64,000 nt of DNA from an uncultured bacterium (GCA_943788175.1 CALSPG010000006.1:1-64000); one strand, 5' to 3'. Shown: positions 23,301-34,629, counted from the first letter of the stretch. Translations and numbers: made by a program. Notes: generated by a model from the letters alone, not told the origin.

Positions 23301-24034
23301 GAGATGCTTCAAAAATTTTAATATACTTGCATGATGACGAACAAGATATTATCAGTGAAATTAGCTCTGTTTTTATTAATGGCGGTGATGCTACACTCGA
23401 TATAAGTGGGCCCATTATAGAATTTATATCAGGAGATGGCAGATTATTTCAAACTGGAGACCATAAAAAACTTTCAGAAAATATTATAATCCAAATATCC
23501 GATCCAATAGGAATTAACTTAACAAAAGAGCTCGGACATTCTATTATACTAAAAGATTTAAATACTAACAGCTCTTATGATGTTACTGATGATTTTATTT
23601 ACAATGTAAATAGCATCACTACAGGAAAAATATCTTTAGAAAATTATGTATTGTCCCCAATAAATCTTATTGTTAGCGCTTGGGACAATGCAAATAATCC
23701 TTCAGAAAAAGAGATTTTGTTGTATTCTGCAAGCGAAGATAAAATACGCATATACAATGCTTTTAACTTTCCAAACCCTTTCAGCAATCAAACAAAATTC
23801 ACTTTTGAGCTTTCTTCAAATGCGCAAGTATCAATTAGCATTTATACTGTAGGTGGTAAAAAAATAAAACGTATCGATAATAAATCTTATCAGCAAGGAT
23901 TCCATCAAGTAGATTGGAATGGACGCAATCAATTTGGAAGCCTACTTGCAAATGGCGTATACATATATAAAATAATCGCAAAAAACAGCACTAGCAGTAC
24001 TAGCCATATTGGCAAAATAGCTATTAATAGATAA
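20303..24034 (+). CDS. Peptidase C25 (gingipain/PorU-like) with C-terminal FlgD-Ig/T9SS-type sorting domain
   Basis: Signal peptide, LLLLGDAGYDY, IGRFP, catalytic INYIGHG and GTCSFGHFD, LFGDPAL, AWDNANN, and NFPNPF...WNGRN...LANGVYIYKI. Confidence 0.88.
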   Translation: MRLLKKSSVLSFIIFNLIFSKHNIEIINNSESVLTIKLSNSAKTQADLFVNHIFVGLPDKKLPNIELLSAQISNSTFPLEPQIGKTYDWIGVQKHKNLNVGILKINPIINSNSYYKEIILKVSFSSSRSVFRQSDNNEKKTLSNKIINWDIAKNWFLENEVRPRINIANSESGDWIIFDVKTDGIKHLSYNQLKRIYMALDDQDPRTISIYTNPTVGRAKSQETNVSIQENLIELPILFIGEEDGAFDPGDKIIFYAQGPSGFDINQNLVKWSQNLYFNNSKYWLFIPDDSTIIGKRISVTTDPNQIELTLDYGISYMQKEIDLVNPALSGLKWYGPTIKNGSTQIISTNTPNGKLEVDSYVELKIKGNSLSGSPSTYHSVELYANMINQNKIGNTISWSGSGERTISGTIPSQYLNQINNNFFVSNLSSDNNSSPLIDYLYFRYGRKLIFNSKTLEFFSPIQNTGLRFSFLNELSEDCLAFDISSPHAPKQIKIKSDNKIEVQSPENSIGRYIIFNKNAVDSVDNLVHHGNITFSKLRNFSSRANYIIIGPEQFAGTAQPLVNLRQPAVYANLEDIYIEFSGGNKDPMAIRSFLQWTQENWASPAPIHLLLLGDAGYDYRDINGLSAIVVPTIQVQSFISYPSDDRLATIYGNIPELSIGRFPAKNISQVEDFIKKIEYIESNNNFGPWRQKVTLIADDPARPEPNHGGIATGKSHTLNSESLYEIIPSKINVDKIYMLEYPEVSDGSAYGVTKPDATEAVYNALKNGTGIINYIGHGSAFQLAQEKLLYLNRGDLEKIKTNKKLPLWIVGTCSFGHFDDPLAESFGEELIRYPMDAASAVISTCRPITVTGNERYTQDIFENLFPNGQVTETTVGICLQSIKNGSSESEYFHLFGDPALKIPISFNSFENATVEPETLKTLGTGVIKFNQDLIKYNGAGTILLKDANRNVTRTYDIASSAQTLSYELPGATLFRGNFSFSNEENSIQIRVPQDISYSGDASKILIYLHDDEQDIISEISSVFINGGDATLDISGPIIEFISGDGRLFQTGDHKKLSENIIIQISDPIGINLTKELGHSIILKDLNTNSSYDVTDDFIYNVNSITTGKISLENYVLSPINLIVSAWDNANNPSEKEILLYSASEDKIRIYNAFNFPNPFSNQTKFTFELSSNAQVSISIYTVGGKKIKRIDNKSYQQGFHQVDWNGRNQFGSLLANGVYIYKIIAKNSTSSTSHIGKIAINR

Positions 24035-24044
24035 TTGTAATAAA

Positions 24045-24638
24045 GTGAAAAAGGACAGAAACATAATACTGGCTTCAAATTCTCCCAGGCGATCGGACTT
24101 GTTAAATATGATAGGCCTGAAATTTGATATAATACCAAGCAATGTGAATGAAGAAGAAAGTATAGAATTATATGGAAAGTACTTTGCAGAGTACTGGAGT
24201 CGAGAGAAAGCGATCTCTGTTTCACAGAACAACCCTGATAAACTAATTATTGGTGCAGATACAATAGTTATTGTTAAAGGAAAGATTTTAGGGAAACCCA
24301 AAAACAAAGAAGAAAGTATTAAAATGCTAAAGATGCTTTCAGGTAGCGTTCATCGTGTAATCACTGGTGTTACCATATTTTGTAAACGTGAACGAATAAT
24401 TAAAACGTTTAGTGAGACAACTAAAGTATCTGTTTTAAAAATCCCTGACGAAAAATTAACTTTTTACATTAATAGCTTCAACACACTTGATAAAGCAGGT
24501 AGCTATGGAATTCAAGATTGGTTTTCAGTTTGGATAAAAAAGATAGATGGTTGCTATTACAACGTTATGGGTTTACCCCTATCAAAATTTTACTTTTATT
24601 ATTCAGAAATAATGAAATATTATTCTCCCAATAATTAA
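24045..24638 (+). CDS. maf: Maf-family nucleoside triphosphate pyrophosphatase
   Basis: ILASNSPRR, GADTIV, ILGKP, DKAGSYGIQ and NVMGLP. Confidence 0.95.
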   Translation: MKKDRNIILASNSPRRSDLLNMIGLKFDIIPSNVNEEESIELYGKYFAEYWSREKAISVSQNNPDKLIIGADTIVIVKGKILGKPKNKEESIKMLKMLSGSVHRVITGVTIFCKRERIIKTFSETTKVSVLKIPDEKLTFYINSFNTLDKAGSYGIQDWFSVWIKKIDGCYYNVMGLPLSKFYFYYSEIMKYYSPNN

Positions 24639-24740
24639 CATAAGAAAATATAATTCACTAAATGATAGATTACTCTGAAAAAGTGATTCTAGTTTAAATA
24701 AGAACATTGAAGTATTTTTGTATAAATTAATGATATAATA

Positions 24741-25568
24741 ATGGCACAATTTTATAAAGAATTAAAAGAGTTAAGAATTTCTAAAGACATCAGCCTTGAG
24801 GACTTAGAATTAAAGACAAAAATAAATATTAAATACCTAAAAGCAATTGAGGAGGGAGACTTCAATATTTTACCTACTCCTTATTTACGGCTTTTTATAC
24901 GAGCTTATGCTATCGAAATTGGTGGAGAGGCAAACAGAGCTTTAGATCAATTAGATTCATTTGTAGGGAACAAAAAGCCATCTGTGAGTGCTTCCATTAA
25001 AAGAAACGATAAAGAAGAAGATGAGCGTTTTGACAATTCTAGTATATTGAGTGTTTTATCTAATTCAAATTTAAAACTTCGCAAAGATGTGCTGAAGGTT
25101 TCAATGCTATCAATCTTATTTGTTTTTTCAATTATTGTAGTAAAAAAAATCTATTCTAATGAAAAAAGCAAAAGCAAGCAATCATCGCAACAATTAAATC
25201 AAAAAAAAATTAATATTATTTCAGAAGAAGAACTTTTAACCGACTATAATGAAGATAAATTCATTGAGAAATCACTTAACATTGAACCGCCATTCTTCTT
25301 TTCAATCAATACAAATAGTCAAGTTGGAATTATTGTTACGCAAGATACATTGAAACCATACACCAAGTATTTATACCCCGGGACTGAATTAGATTTAGAG
25401 GGTTTTATAAAAACTGCTCAAATAATATTTACAAATACTGAAAAAGTCAAGGCAAGACTAAATGGTATAGACTTATCGTTAATTGAAAATTATCCACACC
25501 CTTTAAAATTGATAATACGCGCATCCCCTCCTAGTATTACTGTTAGGCTTTACACGCCTTTTAATTAA
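24741..25568 (+). CDS. RodZ-like HTH membrane protein
   Basis: LKELR...KINIKYLKAIEEGDF..LP..YLRLFIRAYA, a single TM and a periplasmic domain. Confidence 0.8.
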   Translation: MAQFYKELKELRISKDISLEDLELKTKINIKYLKAIEEGDFNILPTPYLRLFIRAYAIEIGGEANRALDQLDSFVGNKKPSVSASIKRNDKEEDERFDNSSILSVLSNSNLKLRKDVLKVSMLSILFVFSIIVVKKIYSNEKSKSKQSSQQLNQKKINIISEEELLTDYNEDKFIEKSLNIEPPFFFSINTNSQVGIIVTQDTLKPYTKYLYPGTELDLEGFIKTAQIIFTNTEKVKARLNGIDLSLIENYPHPLKLIIRASPPSITVRLYTPFN

Positions 25569-25680
25569 AACAAGCGTTCTAGAAAAAATTTACAAAAATT
25601 TATGTATTGCATCATGCAATACACATTCTTCCTTATTCTTCAAATATTTATTGTTATATAATCCCTAATTATTTAAGATA

Positions 25681-25696
25681 GTGGTGAATTGTGGGT
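25681..25696 (+). promoter_or_regulatory. MraZ-binding direct repeats
   Basis: GTGGTG-AATT-GTGGGT with a 10-bp period, just upstream of mraZ. Confidence 0.7.
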
Positions 25697-25721
25697 AACT
25701 TTCCCTACTTTTTAAATAAAC

Positions 25722-26186
25722 ATGACGTTAAATAAAGATACTTTCACAGGTGAATATCAGTATTCACTGGATTCTAAAGGTAGAGTAAACATTCCTGCCA
25801 AGTTCAGGCAAGCGCTATCAAAAAAGAATCAAAACACTTTTGTAGCCACAAGAGGTCAAGACCCTTGTGTATGGATATACCCTTTGACTGAATGGAAAAA
25901 AATTGAGGACGAACTTCGTAATTTGTCTTCAGTATCTGGTATTCATAGAACTTTTATTAGGCAGATTGCAAGATCTGCTACCCCTTCCACATGCGATAAA
26001 CAGGGGCGGATTTCTCTAAGTCCGTCCCTGATATCATTTTCTCGTATTGATAAAAATGCTTTGATCATTGGCATGATTAATAAAATTGAAATTTGGGACC
26101 CCGAAACGTTAAAAGCTGTTGATGAAAAAAATATAAATGAAGACTCAAATGAGCTTAACTCATTAGCTGATAAAATAGTGATTTAA
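25722..26186 (+). CDS. mraZ: Transcriptional regulator MraZ
   Basis: LDSKGRVNIP, DKQGRI and IEIW; first gene of the dcw cluster. Confidence 0.95.
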   Translation: MTLNKDTFTGEYQYSLDSKGRVNIPAKFRQALSKKNQNTFVATRGQDPCVWIYPLTEWKKIEDELRNLSSVSGIHRTFIRQIARSATPSTCDKQGRISLSPSLISFSRIDKNALIIGMINKIEIWDPETLKAVDEKNINEDSNELNSLADKIVI

Positions 26187-26193
26187 TCTCTCA

Positions 26194-27078
26194 ATGACTG
26201 TTCCAAATTTTCCTAACCATATACCAGTCATGCCAAATGAAGTATTATCTCTGATGGATCTCAATCCTCAAGGAAAATATGTAGACGGAACATGTGGACT
26301 TGGTGGGCATGCGGAAATCATTCTATCTGGACTTTCGAAAAATGGTTTTCTATTAGGACTAGATGTTGATAAAGACGCTATAGGTATTTGCAGAAAACGT
26401 TTAAATAATTTCAAAACCAATTTCCAAATTGAAAAAAAATCTTATGCAGAAATGTCAAATATTCTAGAAACTCTTGATATAGGTCAGGTAGATGGAATTT
26501 TATTGGACTTAGGTTTGTCATCATTACAGTTAGATTCAAAATCAAGAGGTTTTAGTTTTAAAGAAACATCGCATCTAGATATGAGATTCGACCAAGATAG
26601 CAATGTTGATGCTGCTAATCTTATAAATAAATCTTCGGAATCTGAGATAGCTGATATTATATATTATTATGGTGAAGAGAGACGGTCAAGATCAATAGCA
26701 AAAAAAATATTTCAAAATAGGCCTATAAATAAAGTTGACCAGCTAGTTGAGATACTTAAGAAATGTACACCTCCCCATAAAAGAAATAAAACGCTAGCAA
26801 GAGTATTTCAATCTTTTAGAATCGTTGTTAATAAAGAGCTCGATAATTTATCTAGCTTCTTAGAAAACTATTTAAGTTGCTTAAAAATCGGAGGAAAAAT
26901 AATTATTATAAGCTTCCACTCTCTTGAAGACAGGATTGTAAAAAGGAGTTTTAAAAAAAGTAGTAAAGAAGGACTAATAGATATTATTACAAAAAAACCA
27001 ATTATTGCTAGTGAAGATGAACGCATTAAAAATAGCAGGTCAAAAAGCGCGAAATTAAGGTGCGCAGTAAAATTATGA
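26194..27078 (+). CDS. rsmH: 16S rRNA m4C1402 methyltransferase
   Basis: HIPVM, DGTCGLGGH, DLGLSSLQLD and SFHSLEDR. Confidence 0.97.
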   Translation: MTVPNFPNHIPVMPNEVLSLMDLNPQGKYVDGTCGLGGHAEIILSGLSKNGFLLGLDVDKDAIGICRKRLNNFKTNFQIEKKSYAEMSNILETLDIGQVDGILLDLGLSSLQLDSKSRGFSFKETSHLDMRFDQDSNVDAANLINKSSESEIADIIYYYGEERRSRSIAKKIFQNRPINKVDQLVEILKKCTPPHKRNKTLARVFQSFRIVVNKELDNLSSFLENYLSCLKIGGKIIIISFHSLEDRIVKRSFKKSSKEGLIDIITKKPIIASEDERIKNSRSKSAKLRCAVKL

Positions 27079-27410
27079 TCTCAAGAAAAAGACAGAAAAG
27101 AAAGTCGTTAAAGACATCAAGCTTCTACCAGGGATTAATTTTTTTCTTTTCATCAATTGGAAGCATCGTTTCTCTGATATTATATCTATGGATTTTCAAA
27201 GAAATTGATGAATCAATTCTTTTAGTAGAAATACAAAGTTCTACAGCAAGATCTTTAAAAAATGACTTAGATGAATTAAAAAATGAAATTGAAAACCTTA
27301 GTAGGTCAGATGTAATAACGGCTCGAGCAACGAATGAATTAAATATGACAGTAGCAATACCTGAAACTTTGGTCATCGCAATGAAAAAAAATGAGGATAG
27401 TAACCTTTGA
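27075..27410 (+). CDS. ftsL: Cell division protein FtsL-like
   Basis: Basic N-terminus, TM and coiled coil; lies between rsmH and ftsI. Confidence 0.75.
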   Translation: MISRKRQKRKSLKTSSFYQGLIFFFSSIGSIVSLILYLWIFKEIDESILLVEIQSSTARSLKNDLDELKNEIENLSRSDVITARATNELNMTVAIPETLVIAMKKNEDSNL

Positions 27411-29374
27411 CAAATTCTTACACAAAGTATAAATCAAGAATACGATATGTAAGTGTTTTTATTATTTTATTTTGGTTTACACTTTGTGCTAAGCTCTTCA
27501 GCGTTCAAGTTTTTAATGGGCAAAAACATAAAAAAGTACTAATAGCCCAATCTCAAAGAAAAGAGATTATTCTACCAGAGAGAGGGAATATTTTTGATAG
27601 AAATAATGATGCTCTTACAAGAAATATTTCACACTATTCACTTAGTGTAAATCCTCAAAATATAATTAATAAAAAATCCTTAGCAATTGCATTGAGCAAT
27701 ATTACTTCTAAAACTAAAGAGCACTATTTAAAAAGGTTAAACTCTAAAAAGAAATTTGAATTTCTTTTTAGAAACATTCGAATTAGTCAATCTGATGTCG
27801 ATATATTAAAAACATTTTCCGGATTAACTATTTCAAAAAAATACCATAGATTTTATCCACATGGCTTAATTGCAAGTCAAATCCTGGGATATACAGACTC
27901 GGATGATAATGGCATATCGGGGTTAGAAAAAGATTATGATAATTTTTTATCTGGAACAGCAGGAAAAGCAATTAAAAGCAAAGGTTGGAAAGGAAAGTTT
28001 CAAAATAGAAGTGATTTGCCATACATGGCGCCACTAAATGGAAACAATATTGAACTTACGCTAGATTTGAATTATCAGAGTATTTTACAACAGGAACTAG
28101 AAAAGAGACTTAAAGAAACTAGTGCAAAATCAGCAATGGGGGTTATTATGAACCCTCAAACAGGGGCAATACTTGCCATGGCATCAGTTCCAAGTTTCGA
28201 TAATAATAACTTCTCGAAATATCCTATTGATAACCACCGGTGCAGGGTAATAACAGATCAATTTGAGCCTGGATCAACCTTTAAAATAGTAGCGGCTACC
28301 GCTGCTCTTTCTGAGAAAAAAGTCGATTTAAGTGAAGAATTTAATTGCGAAAATGGTCAATTTGATTATTTTGGAACATCAATCAAAGATCATGAACCAC
28401 ATGAGTTTTTGAACACATCGCAAATAATTCAGAATTCAAGCAATATTGGAATTATAAAAATTGCTGAAAAAGTGGGCAGCAGGTCAATGTATAAATATAC
28501 TAGGTTATTTGGTTTTGGCTCTACAACAAATATGGGTTTGGATGGGGAAACGCCAGGCAAAGTCAAACCAGAAAAGGAATGGAGCAGAATATCTACTGGA
28601 CAAATATCTATGGGACACGAAGTTGCGGTAAATACCCTGCAACTTGCAACTGCATTTTCTGCGATTGCAAATGATGGTTACATAGTAAAACCCCACATCG
28701 TGAAAAGGATATATGGACAAGATGAAAAGACTAAGTTTCACAACTTAACAAAAGTGAAAAGAAAAATATCAACTGAAGATATAGTGCTTGAAGTTAAAAA
28801 TATGTTAAGAAAAGTAGTCGTTAGCGGCACGGGGACTGAAGCAGATATACCAGGTTGGGAAGTCGCTGGAAAGACTGGTACTGCTCAAAAATATATTGAT
28901 GGTAAATACTCAAATAATCATTTCATTTCTAATTTTGTAGGGTTTTTACCTTCTAGTAATCCCAAATTATTATCAGCAATTGTACTTGATGAGCCTGAAA
29001 GCCCAATGCACTGGGGTGGTCAGGGTGCTGCAGTAGCTTTTAGGCGTATTATGCAAAGGATAATTAATATGGATGATACCATAACCCCACCTCTAAAGAA
29101 CCGTAAAAGCGTAAAACCAAAATTTCTAGTTTCAAAAACGATTAAAAACAAAGGTCACATTCAATCGCCACCTGTTTCATTAAGCACAATAAATATAAAA
29201 AAACGAATTAAGGTACCAAACGTAATTGGTAAAAGTTTAAAGAGCGCCATAAAACATATTTCAAGGGTTGGTCTTAGAGTAAAAGTAATTGGCTCTGGGC
29301 AGGTCGTCTCGCAAACTCCAAGGGCAGGAAAGATTTTAAAAAATAACGATGTGTGTACGCTCAGTTTAAAATAA
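27407..29374 (+). CDS. ftsI: Class B PBP (FtsI) with C-terminal PASTA domain
   Basis: [18 protein letters not shown] and GKTGTAQ motifs; [14 protein letters not shown]. Confidence 0.95.
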   Translation: MTNSYTKYKSRIRYVSVFIILFWFTLCAKLFSVQVFNGQKHKKVLIAQSQRKEIILPERGNIFDRNNDALTRNISHYSLSVNPQNIINKKSLAIALSNITSKTKEHYLKRLNSKKKFEFLFRNIRISQSDVDILKTFSGLTISKKYHRFYPHGLIASQILGYTDSDDNGISGLEKDYDNFLSGTAGKAIKSKGWKGKFQNRSDLPYMAPLNGNNIELTLDLNYQSILQQELEKRLKETSAKSAMGVIMNPQTGAILAMASVPSFDNNNFSKYPIDNHRCRVITDQFEPGSTFKIVAATAALSEKKVDLSEEFNCENGQFDYFGTSIKDHEPHEFLNTSQIIQNSSNIGIIKIAEKVGSRSMYKYTRLFGFGSTTNMGLDGETPGKVKPEKEWSRISTGQISMGHEVAVNTLQLATAFSAIANDGYIVKPHIVKRIYGQDEKTKFHNLTKVKRKISTEDIVLEVKNMLRKVVVSGTGTEADIPGWEVAGKTGTAQKYIDGKYSNNHFISNFVGFLPSSNPKLLSAIVLDEPESPMHWGGQGAAVAFRRIMQRIINMDDTITPPLKNRKSVKPKFLVSKTIKNKGHIQSPPVSLSTINIKKRIKVPNVIGKSLKSAIKHISRVGLRVKVIGSGQVVSQTPRAGKILKNNDVCTLSLK

Positions 29375-29375
29375 A

Positions 29376-30822
29376 ATGAATTTAGCAAACTTAATTAATG
29401 GATTAGCTCCGATAGAAAAAAAATTTAATGACGTTATGATAAATGGAATAGATATTAACTCGAAAGAAGTGTCTAAGGGTTCGCTTTTCGTAGCAATTAA
29501 AGGTCATTCAAATGATGGTCATAGCTTTATTAATGATGCATTTAAAAATGGAGCATCTGCCGTTATTTCGGAAAAATTGCAAGCAAGTAGTATAGATAAA
29601 CCTCAAATAATTGTTGAGGACACTAGAAAAGCAGCATCTATAATTTCATCTCGTTTTTACGATAACCCTTCAAAAGAAATAATTATAATTGGGATCACCG
29701 GTACTAACGGTAAGACTACTACTTCTTATATAATTAAAGAATGCTTAAACCAAGCTGGCCTAAAGACTGCACAAATCGGCACTACAGGTATCATTGCCGA
29801 TGGGTACAAACAAGTAAAAACACTTACTACACCTGATGCTATTACTCTTCAAAAGTTACTACGCACTTTGGTAAAACAAAGCTTTTCCCATGTTGTTATG
29901 GAAGTATCATCTCATGCAATAGAACAATTTAGAGTTCAAAACATAGATTTTAATATAGTCGTATTTACCAACTTAAGTGAAGAGCATCTTGACTACCATG
30001 GTACTATGGAAAATTATTTTCATGCTAAATCAAAATTACTTGATTTATTAAATCATAAAACCGGATTAGCAGTTATTAACTCCGATGATACCTATGGTGA
30101 AAGACTACTTGGAAGTACGAGAAAACCAACTCTCGCTTTTTCAAAACATAATACTAAGGTATTACATTTTGATAATCTTAATTCTGAAGATAGTAAAATT
30201 TTAGGTGCGGTATCCACTGAAGGGACATCGTACGATATAAACTCGGAGCTTATAGGTGATTTTAATAAAGAAAACATACTGGCTTCTGTTTCCGTATTGC
30301 ATGCATTAAAAATTCCTAAGACTGCAATAGAGATTGGTATAAAAAAATGCAAAAATATTCCAGGAAGACTTGAAGTATATAAACTTAAATCTGGCGCAAA
30401 AGCAGTAATCGATTATGCCCATACACCCGATGCTTATAAAAAAATATTGAGCACATTAAAAAGTGTACTTAAAGAAGAAAACAAACTGTATATAGTTTTT
30501 GGCGCTGGAGGCGATAGAGATCGAAATAAAAGATCTCATATGGCAACAATCGCAGAAAAATACTGTGAAAAATGTTTTATAACTCCAGATAACCCTAGAT
30601 ATGAAAATTTAAAAATCATAAATGATGATATCATTTCAGGCTTCAGAAAAAAATGTTATACAATACATAAAGATAGAAAAAAAGGGATCAAAAATGCTAT
30701 TCAAATTAGCAAAAAAAGGTGACATCATTGCAGTGCTTGGTAAAGGAAATGAGGAATATCAGGATATAAAGGGGAACCATTTCTTTCATTCTGATAAAAA
30801 AATTATAATGAAAATGCAATGA
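29376..30822 (+). CDS. murE: UDP-MurNAc-tripeptide ligase; frameshift near 3' end
   Basis: GTNGKTT, MEVSSH, DYAHTPD and [17 protein letters not shown] lies in the next frame. Confidence 0.95.
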
Positions 30823-32165
30823 GAATAAACTTTCAAGATTATAATAGTATACATCCGATTATAAAAACGGTTACAGGCCATGACTTAGTTGGTCAAATAA
30901 AAGGTATTACTACTGACAGCCGAGAAGTAATCGAGGGTGATTTATATATTGCCCTTGAAGGTGCTATAAATGACGGACATAACTACCTAAAAGAAGTCGA
31001 CAAACTAAATGCAACAGCTGTTTTAATAAATCAACATAAGGGGTCAAGTAATCTAAAAGCTCAAAAAATCGAAGTTAAGGATACAAAAAAAACTCTTGGG
31101 TATATAAGCAAAGAATGGAGGAAAAAATTTGATATTCCTGTCATTGGAATAACAGGCTCAAATGGAAAGACATCAACAAAAGATTTATTATACCATGTAC
31201 TTAAAAAAAAATATAGTATTCATTTAACTCGAGGTAATTACAATACATCAATTGGTTTGCCTTTAACTTTACTGGAGATCAACAAAAGTCATGAAATATC
31301 GATCGTTGAAATGGGGGCAAATCAAACTGGAGACATAGAATATCTATGTGAATTATCCAAACCAACGCACGGTCTAATTACAAATGTGTCTTCAGCGCAT
31401 CTAGAGGGATTTGGCAATATAGATAATATTATAAAAACCAAAAGCGCATTATTCGAAGCATTAAAAAACGGTGTTTCTTTCGTTAATTATGCTGATAATA
31501 AAGTAAAGAAGGCCCATAATATTGGTCAAAAAATCACGTATGGCTTAAATGAAATATGCGACTTTCCTGCTAACATTCATCACGATAAAGATGGCTCAAT
31601 AATTTTAACTATATCTTCTCAGGAAATTCATACTCGATCACAAAATCTATCATTCGCAAAAAATATAATTGCAGTTGCTTCTGTCGCTATCACGTTGGGA
31701 ATAAAGTGGAGTCATTTCCAAGATAGAATATTATCTTATAAACCTCCAAAGGGGCGCTGTGAAGTATCAAAATATGATAAAATTACTGTAATTGATGACA
31801 CATACAATTCTAACCTAGAATCTTGCTCGGCAGCTATTGATTATCTTAAAGCATTTTCTGGTAATGGGCGACGAATAGTAGTATTGGGCGACATGCTTGA
31901 ACTTGGAGATGCTTCGGAAGAGCAACATAGGAATATCGGCTATAAATGTTCTTCTTCAAACTTAGATGCGGTCTTCACTTTTGGAGAAAATGCTTTTTTT
32001 ATAAAAGAATCTGTAAAAGGTATTAAAAAAAATCATCATTTTGAAATACGTAAAGATTTGATTAATTCACTAAAACTAGAATTGAAGGAAAACGACAAGG
32101 TTTTATTCAAAGGCTCAAGAGGAATGAAAATGGAAGAAATAATTGAAGGAGTTTTCGGAGAGTAA
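30819..32165 (+). CDS. murF: UDP-MurNAc-pentapeptide ligase
   Basis: GSNGKTSTK, GNYNTSIGLP, DDTYNSN, GDMLELG and KGSRG. Confidence 0.95.
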   Translation: MRINFQDYNSIHPIIKTVTGHDLVGQIKGITTDSREVIEGDLYIALEGAINDGHNYLKEVDKLNATAVLINQHKGSSNLKAQKIEVKDTKKTLGYISKEWRKKFDIPVIGITGSNGKTSTKDLLYHVLKKKYSIHLTRGNYNTSIGLPLTLLEINKSHEISIVEMGANQTGDIEYLCELSKPTHGLITNVSSAHLEGFGNIDNIIKTKSALFEALKNGVSFVNYADNKVKKAHNIGQKITYGLNEICDFPANIHHDKDGSIILTISSQEIHTRSQNLSFAKNIIAVASVAITLGIKWSHFQDRILSYKPPKGRCEVSKYDKITVIDDTYNSNLESCSAAIDYLKAFSGNGRRIVVLGDMLELGDASEEQHRNIGYKCSSSNLDAVFTFGENAFFIKESVKGIKKNHHFEIRKDLINSLKLELKENDKVLFKGSRGMKMEEIIEGVFGE

Positions 32166-33269
32166 TGTTAACGAGATACTTCTTACAATTTAAAGAGAAG
32201 TATAAGCATTTTTAATTTATTTGAATATTTGACCTTTAAAATTGCTTTATCTGCAATTACTGCTCTATTAATATCATTTATAATTGGTCCTATTGTTATT
32301 AAAAAACTTAAAAAATATCAAATTGGTGAAGAGATAAGAACTAATGGACCAAAATCACATTTAGCAAAAAAGGGCACGCCAACCATGGGAGGAGTGATAA
32401 TTATATTTGCTTCCCTCCTTCCAACCCTATTTTTTTCTGATTTAAATAATACAATGGTTATTATCGTTATACTATCAACATTATGGATGGGTGCAATTGG
32501 GTTCATCGATGACTATTTAAAGATTATTATTAAAACTAAATCTGGTATGGTTGCTCGCTATAAACTCTTAGGACAAATCATTCTAGGTGGAATAATTGCT
32601 TACATAATAATAAATAGTAGCGATTTTAGTGGTTTTAATACAAAAACAACGATCCCATTTTTTAAGAATTTTGAGTTTGACTTTGGCCTCTTTTATCCTA
32701 TCGTGGTGATTCTAGTTATTACTGGGTCATCAAATTCAGTTAATCTTACAGATGGCTTAGATGGTTTAGCTATCGGTCTACTTGCGATCTGTTTTACTGT
32801 TTTTACAGCTATTTCTTATATATCAGGTCGGATAGATTTTTCGGACTATCTTAACATATTATACCTGCCCAGTGCAGGTGAGTTAAGTATTTTCTCAAGC
32901 GCAGTAGTTGGAGCCTGTCTGGGGTTTTTATGGTTTAATGCCTCCCCTGCCGAGATTTTTATGGGCGATACTGGATCCCTATCATTAGGAGCTGCTTTAG
33001 GTACCTTGTCTATCTTACTTAAAAAGGAGCTTCTACTTTTTATAATTGGCGGCGTGTTTGTGATGGAAACATTATCAGTAATAATCCAAGTGTCTTATTT
33101 CAGATATACTAAATATAAACATGGAAAAGGTGAACGTTTTTTTAAAATGGCACCCATTCATCATCATTTTGAATTATCCGGTATTCATGAAAGTAAAATT
33201 GTAATAAGGTTCTGGATTATTGGAATTCTGCTTGCTCTATTATCATTAGCTACATTTAAGGTTAGGTAA
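32165..33269 (+). CDS. mraY: Phospho-MurNAc-pentapeptide transferase; one extra base in first ~60 nt
   Basis: KKGTPTMGG, NLTDGLDGLA, FMGDTGS and MAPIHHHFE. The ATG at 32165 overlaps the murF stop and is one base out of frame. Confidence 0.95.
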
Positions 33270-33271
33270 GA

Positions 33272-34621
33272 ATGTCTTTTAATATAGCCAATAAAAAAAT
33301 TACAATAATAGGTTTACAAAAAAGTGGCGTCGCTGCAGCACAATTAGCATCCATGAATGGTGCAAATGTGTTTGTTAGTGATCTTATTGAAAATGAGATC
33401 ACCAAAAAGAATTACATAAAATTAACTGATAATAATATCAAATGCGAAATTGGAAAACATACTGATCGAATATTTGAATCTGAATTGTGGGTTGTTTCAC
33501 CAGGGGTTCCTAAAAATATAAAAATTATTAAAAAAGCACAATCTTTAGGCATTAAGATTATAGGAGAAATTGAATTTGCAAATATGTTTACCAATTTGCC
33601 TATAATTGCGGTTACTGGTTCAAATGGAAAGTCAACTACTGTTAGCATTATATATGATATGTTAAAAAATAGCAAATATGAACCAATCTTAGCTGGAAAT
33701 ATAGGAATTCCGTTTTCCAGTGCAGTAAAAGAATTAAATCAAAAATTAATCAAAGGAAACATTTTCATCCTTGAAGTTTCTAGTTTTCAATTAGAGTTTA
33801 TTGATCAGTTTCATCCTTACATTAGTCTTTTTTTAAATATATCTCCAGATCATTTGGATCGACATAAAAATATGGCAGAGTATGTTCGTGCAAAACTAAG
33901 TATGGTGAAAAATATGACTAATGATGATTTTATTATTTTTAATAAAGAAGATGAATCTTTAAACACTTATTTTAAAAATTTTAGTGTTAAGACAATAGCC
34001 TACGGCTTAAAAAGCGACAATAAATTTTTTAGCATCAGAAATTCAACACTGTATGATAGCAATAATGAACCTTTTTTGGAACTCAGAAAAATTCGTCTGA
34101 AAGGTCAACATAATTTATCTAATCTTATTGCCTCAGCTACAATAGCAAAAATATTGAATATTGATGGAGATTCAATTAAGAATACCATGAAAAATTTTGA
34201 AGGTATTAAGCATAGGCTCGAATTTATTCGAAAATTTAGTGACGTCATTTACATAAATGATTCAAAAGCAACAAACCTGTCTTCTGTTATTGCTGCACTA
34301 AATAGTTTTGAAAGTCCTATAATTCTCCTATTGGGAGGTAAAAATAAAGATTCAAATTTCCGGCAACTTCTTCCACATACTAGACGTCATGTAAAGCATA
34401 TAGTATCATTTGGAGAAGCCGGGGGGGAGATTGCTGCCGCATTAGGGGATGCGGTAAGACTCAAAAAAACAAGTAGTCTTAGTCAAGCGGTGGCGTCTGC
34501 CCATAAAGTAGCCAGCCCTGGTGATGTTGTTTTAATGTCACCGGGCTGTGCTAGTTTCGATCAGTTCAAGAGTTTTGAACAGCGTGGAACCAAGTTTAAA
34601 GAGCTAGTAAATAGGCTATAA
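33272..34621 (+). CDS. murD: UDP-MurNAc-L-Ala:D-Glu ligase
   Basis: GSNGKST, EVSSFQL, NDSKATN and SPGCASFDQF. Confidence 0.96.
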   Translation: MSFNIANKKITIIGLQKSGVAAAQLASMNGANVFVSDLIENEITKKNYIKLTDNNIKCEIGKHTDRIFESELWVVSPGVPKNIKIIKKAQSLGIKIIGEIEFANMFTNLPIIAVTGSNGKSTTVSIIYDMLKNSKYEPILAGNIGIPFSSAVKELNQKLIKGNIFILEVSSFQLEFIDQFHPYISLFLNISPDHLDRHKNMAEYVRAKLSMVKNMTNDDFIIFNKEDESLNTYFKNFSVKTIAYGLKSDNKFFSIRNSTLYDSNNEPFLELRKIRLKGQHNLSNLIASATIAKILNIDGDSIKNTMKNFEGIKHRLEFIRKFSDVIYINDSKATNLSSVIAALNSFESPIILLLGGKNKDSNFRQLLPHTRRHVKHIVSFGEAGGEIAAALGDAVRLKKTSSLSQAVASAHKVASPGDVVLMSPGCASFDQFKSFEQRGTKFKELVNRL

Positions 34622-34629
34622 TTAATTAA

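Noticed and set aside
29376-33269. murE and mraY as pseudogenes or programmed frameshifts
   Set aside because: Essential genes in an intact cluster, each fixed by deleting one base, matching the error pattern elsewhere.
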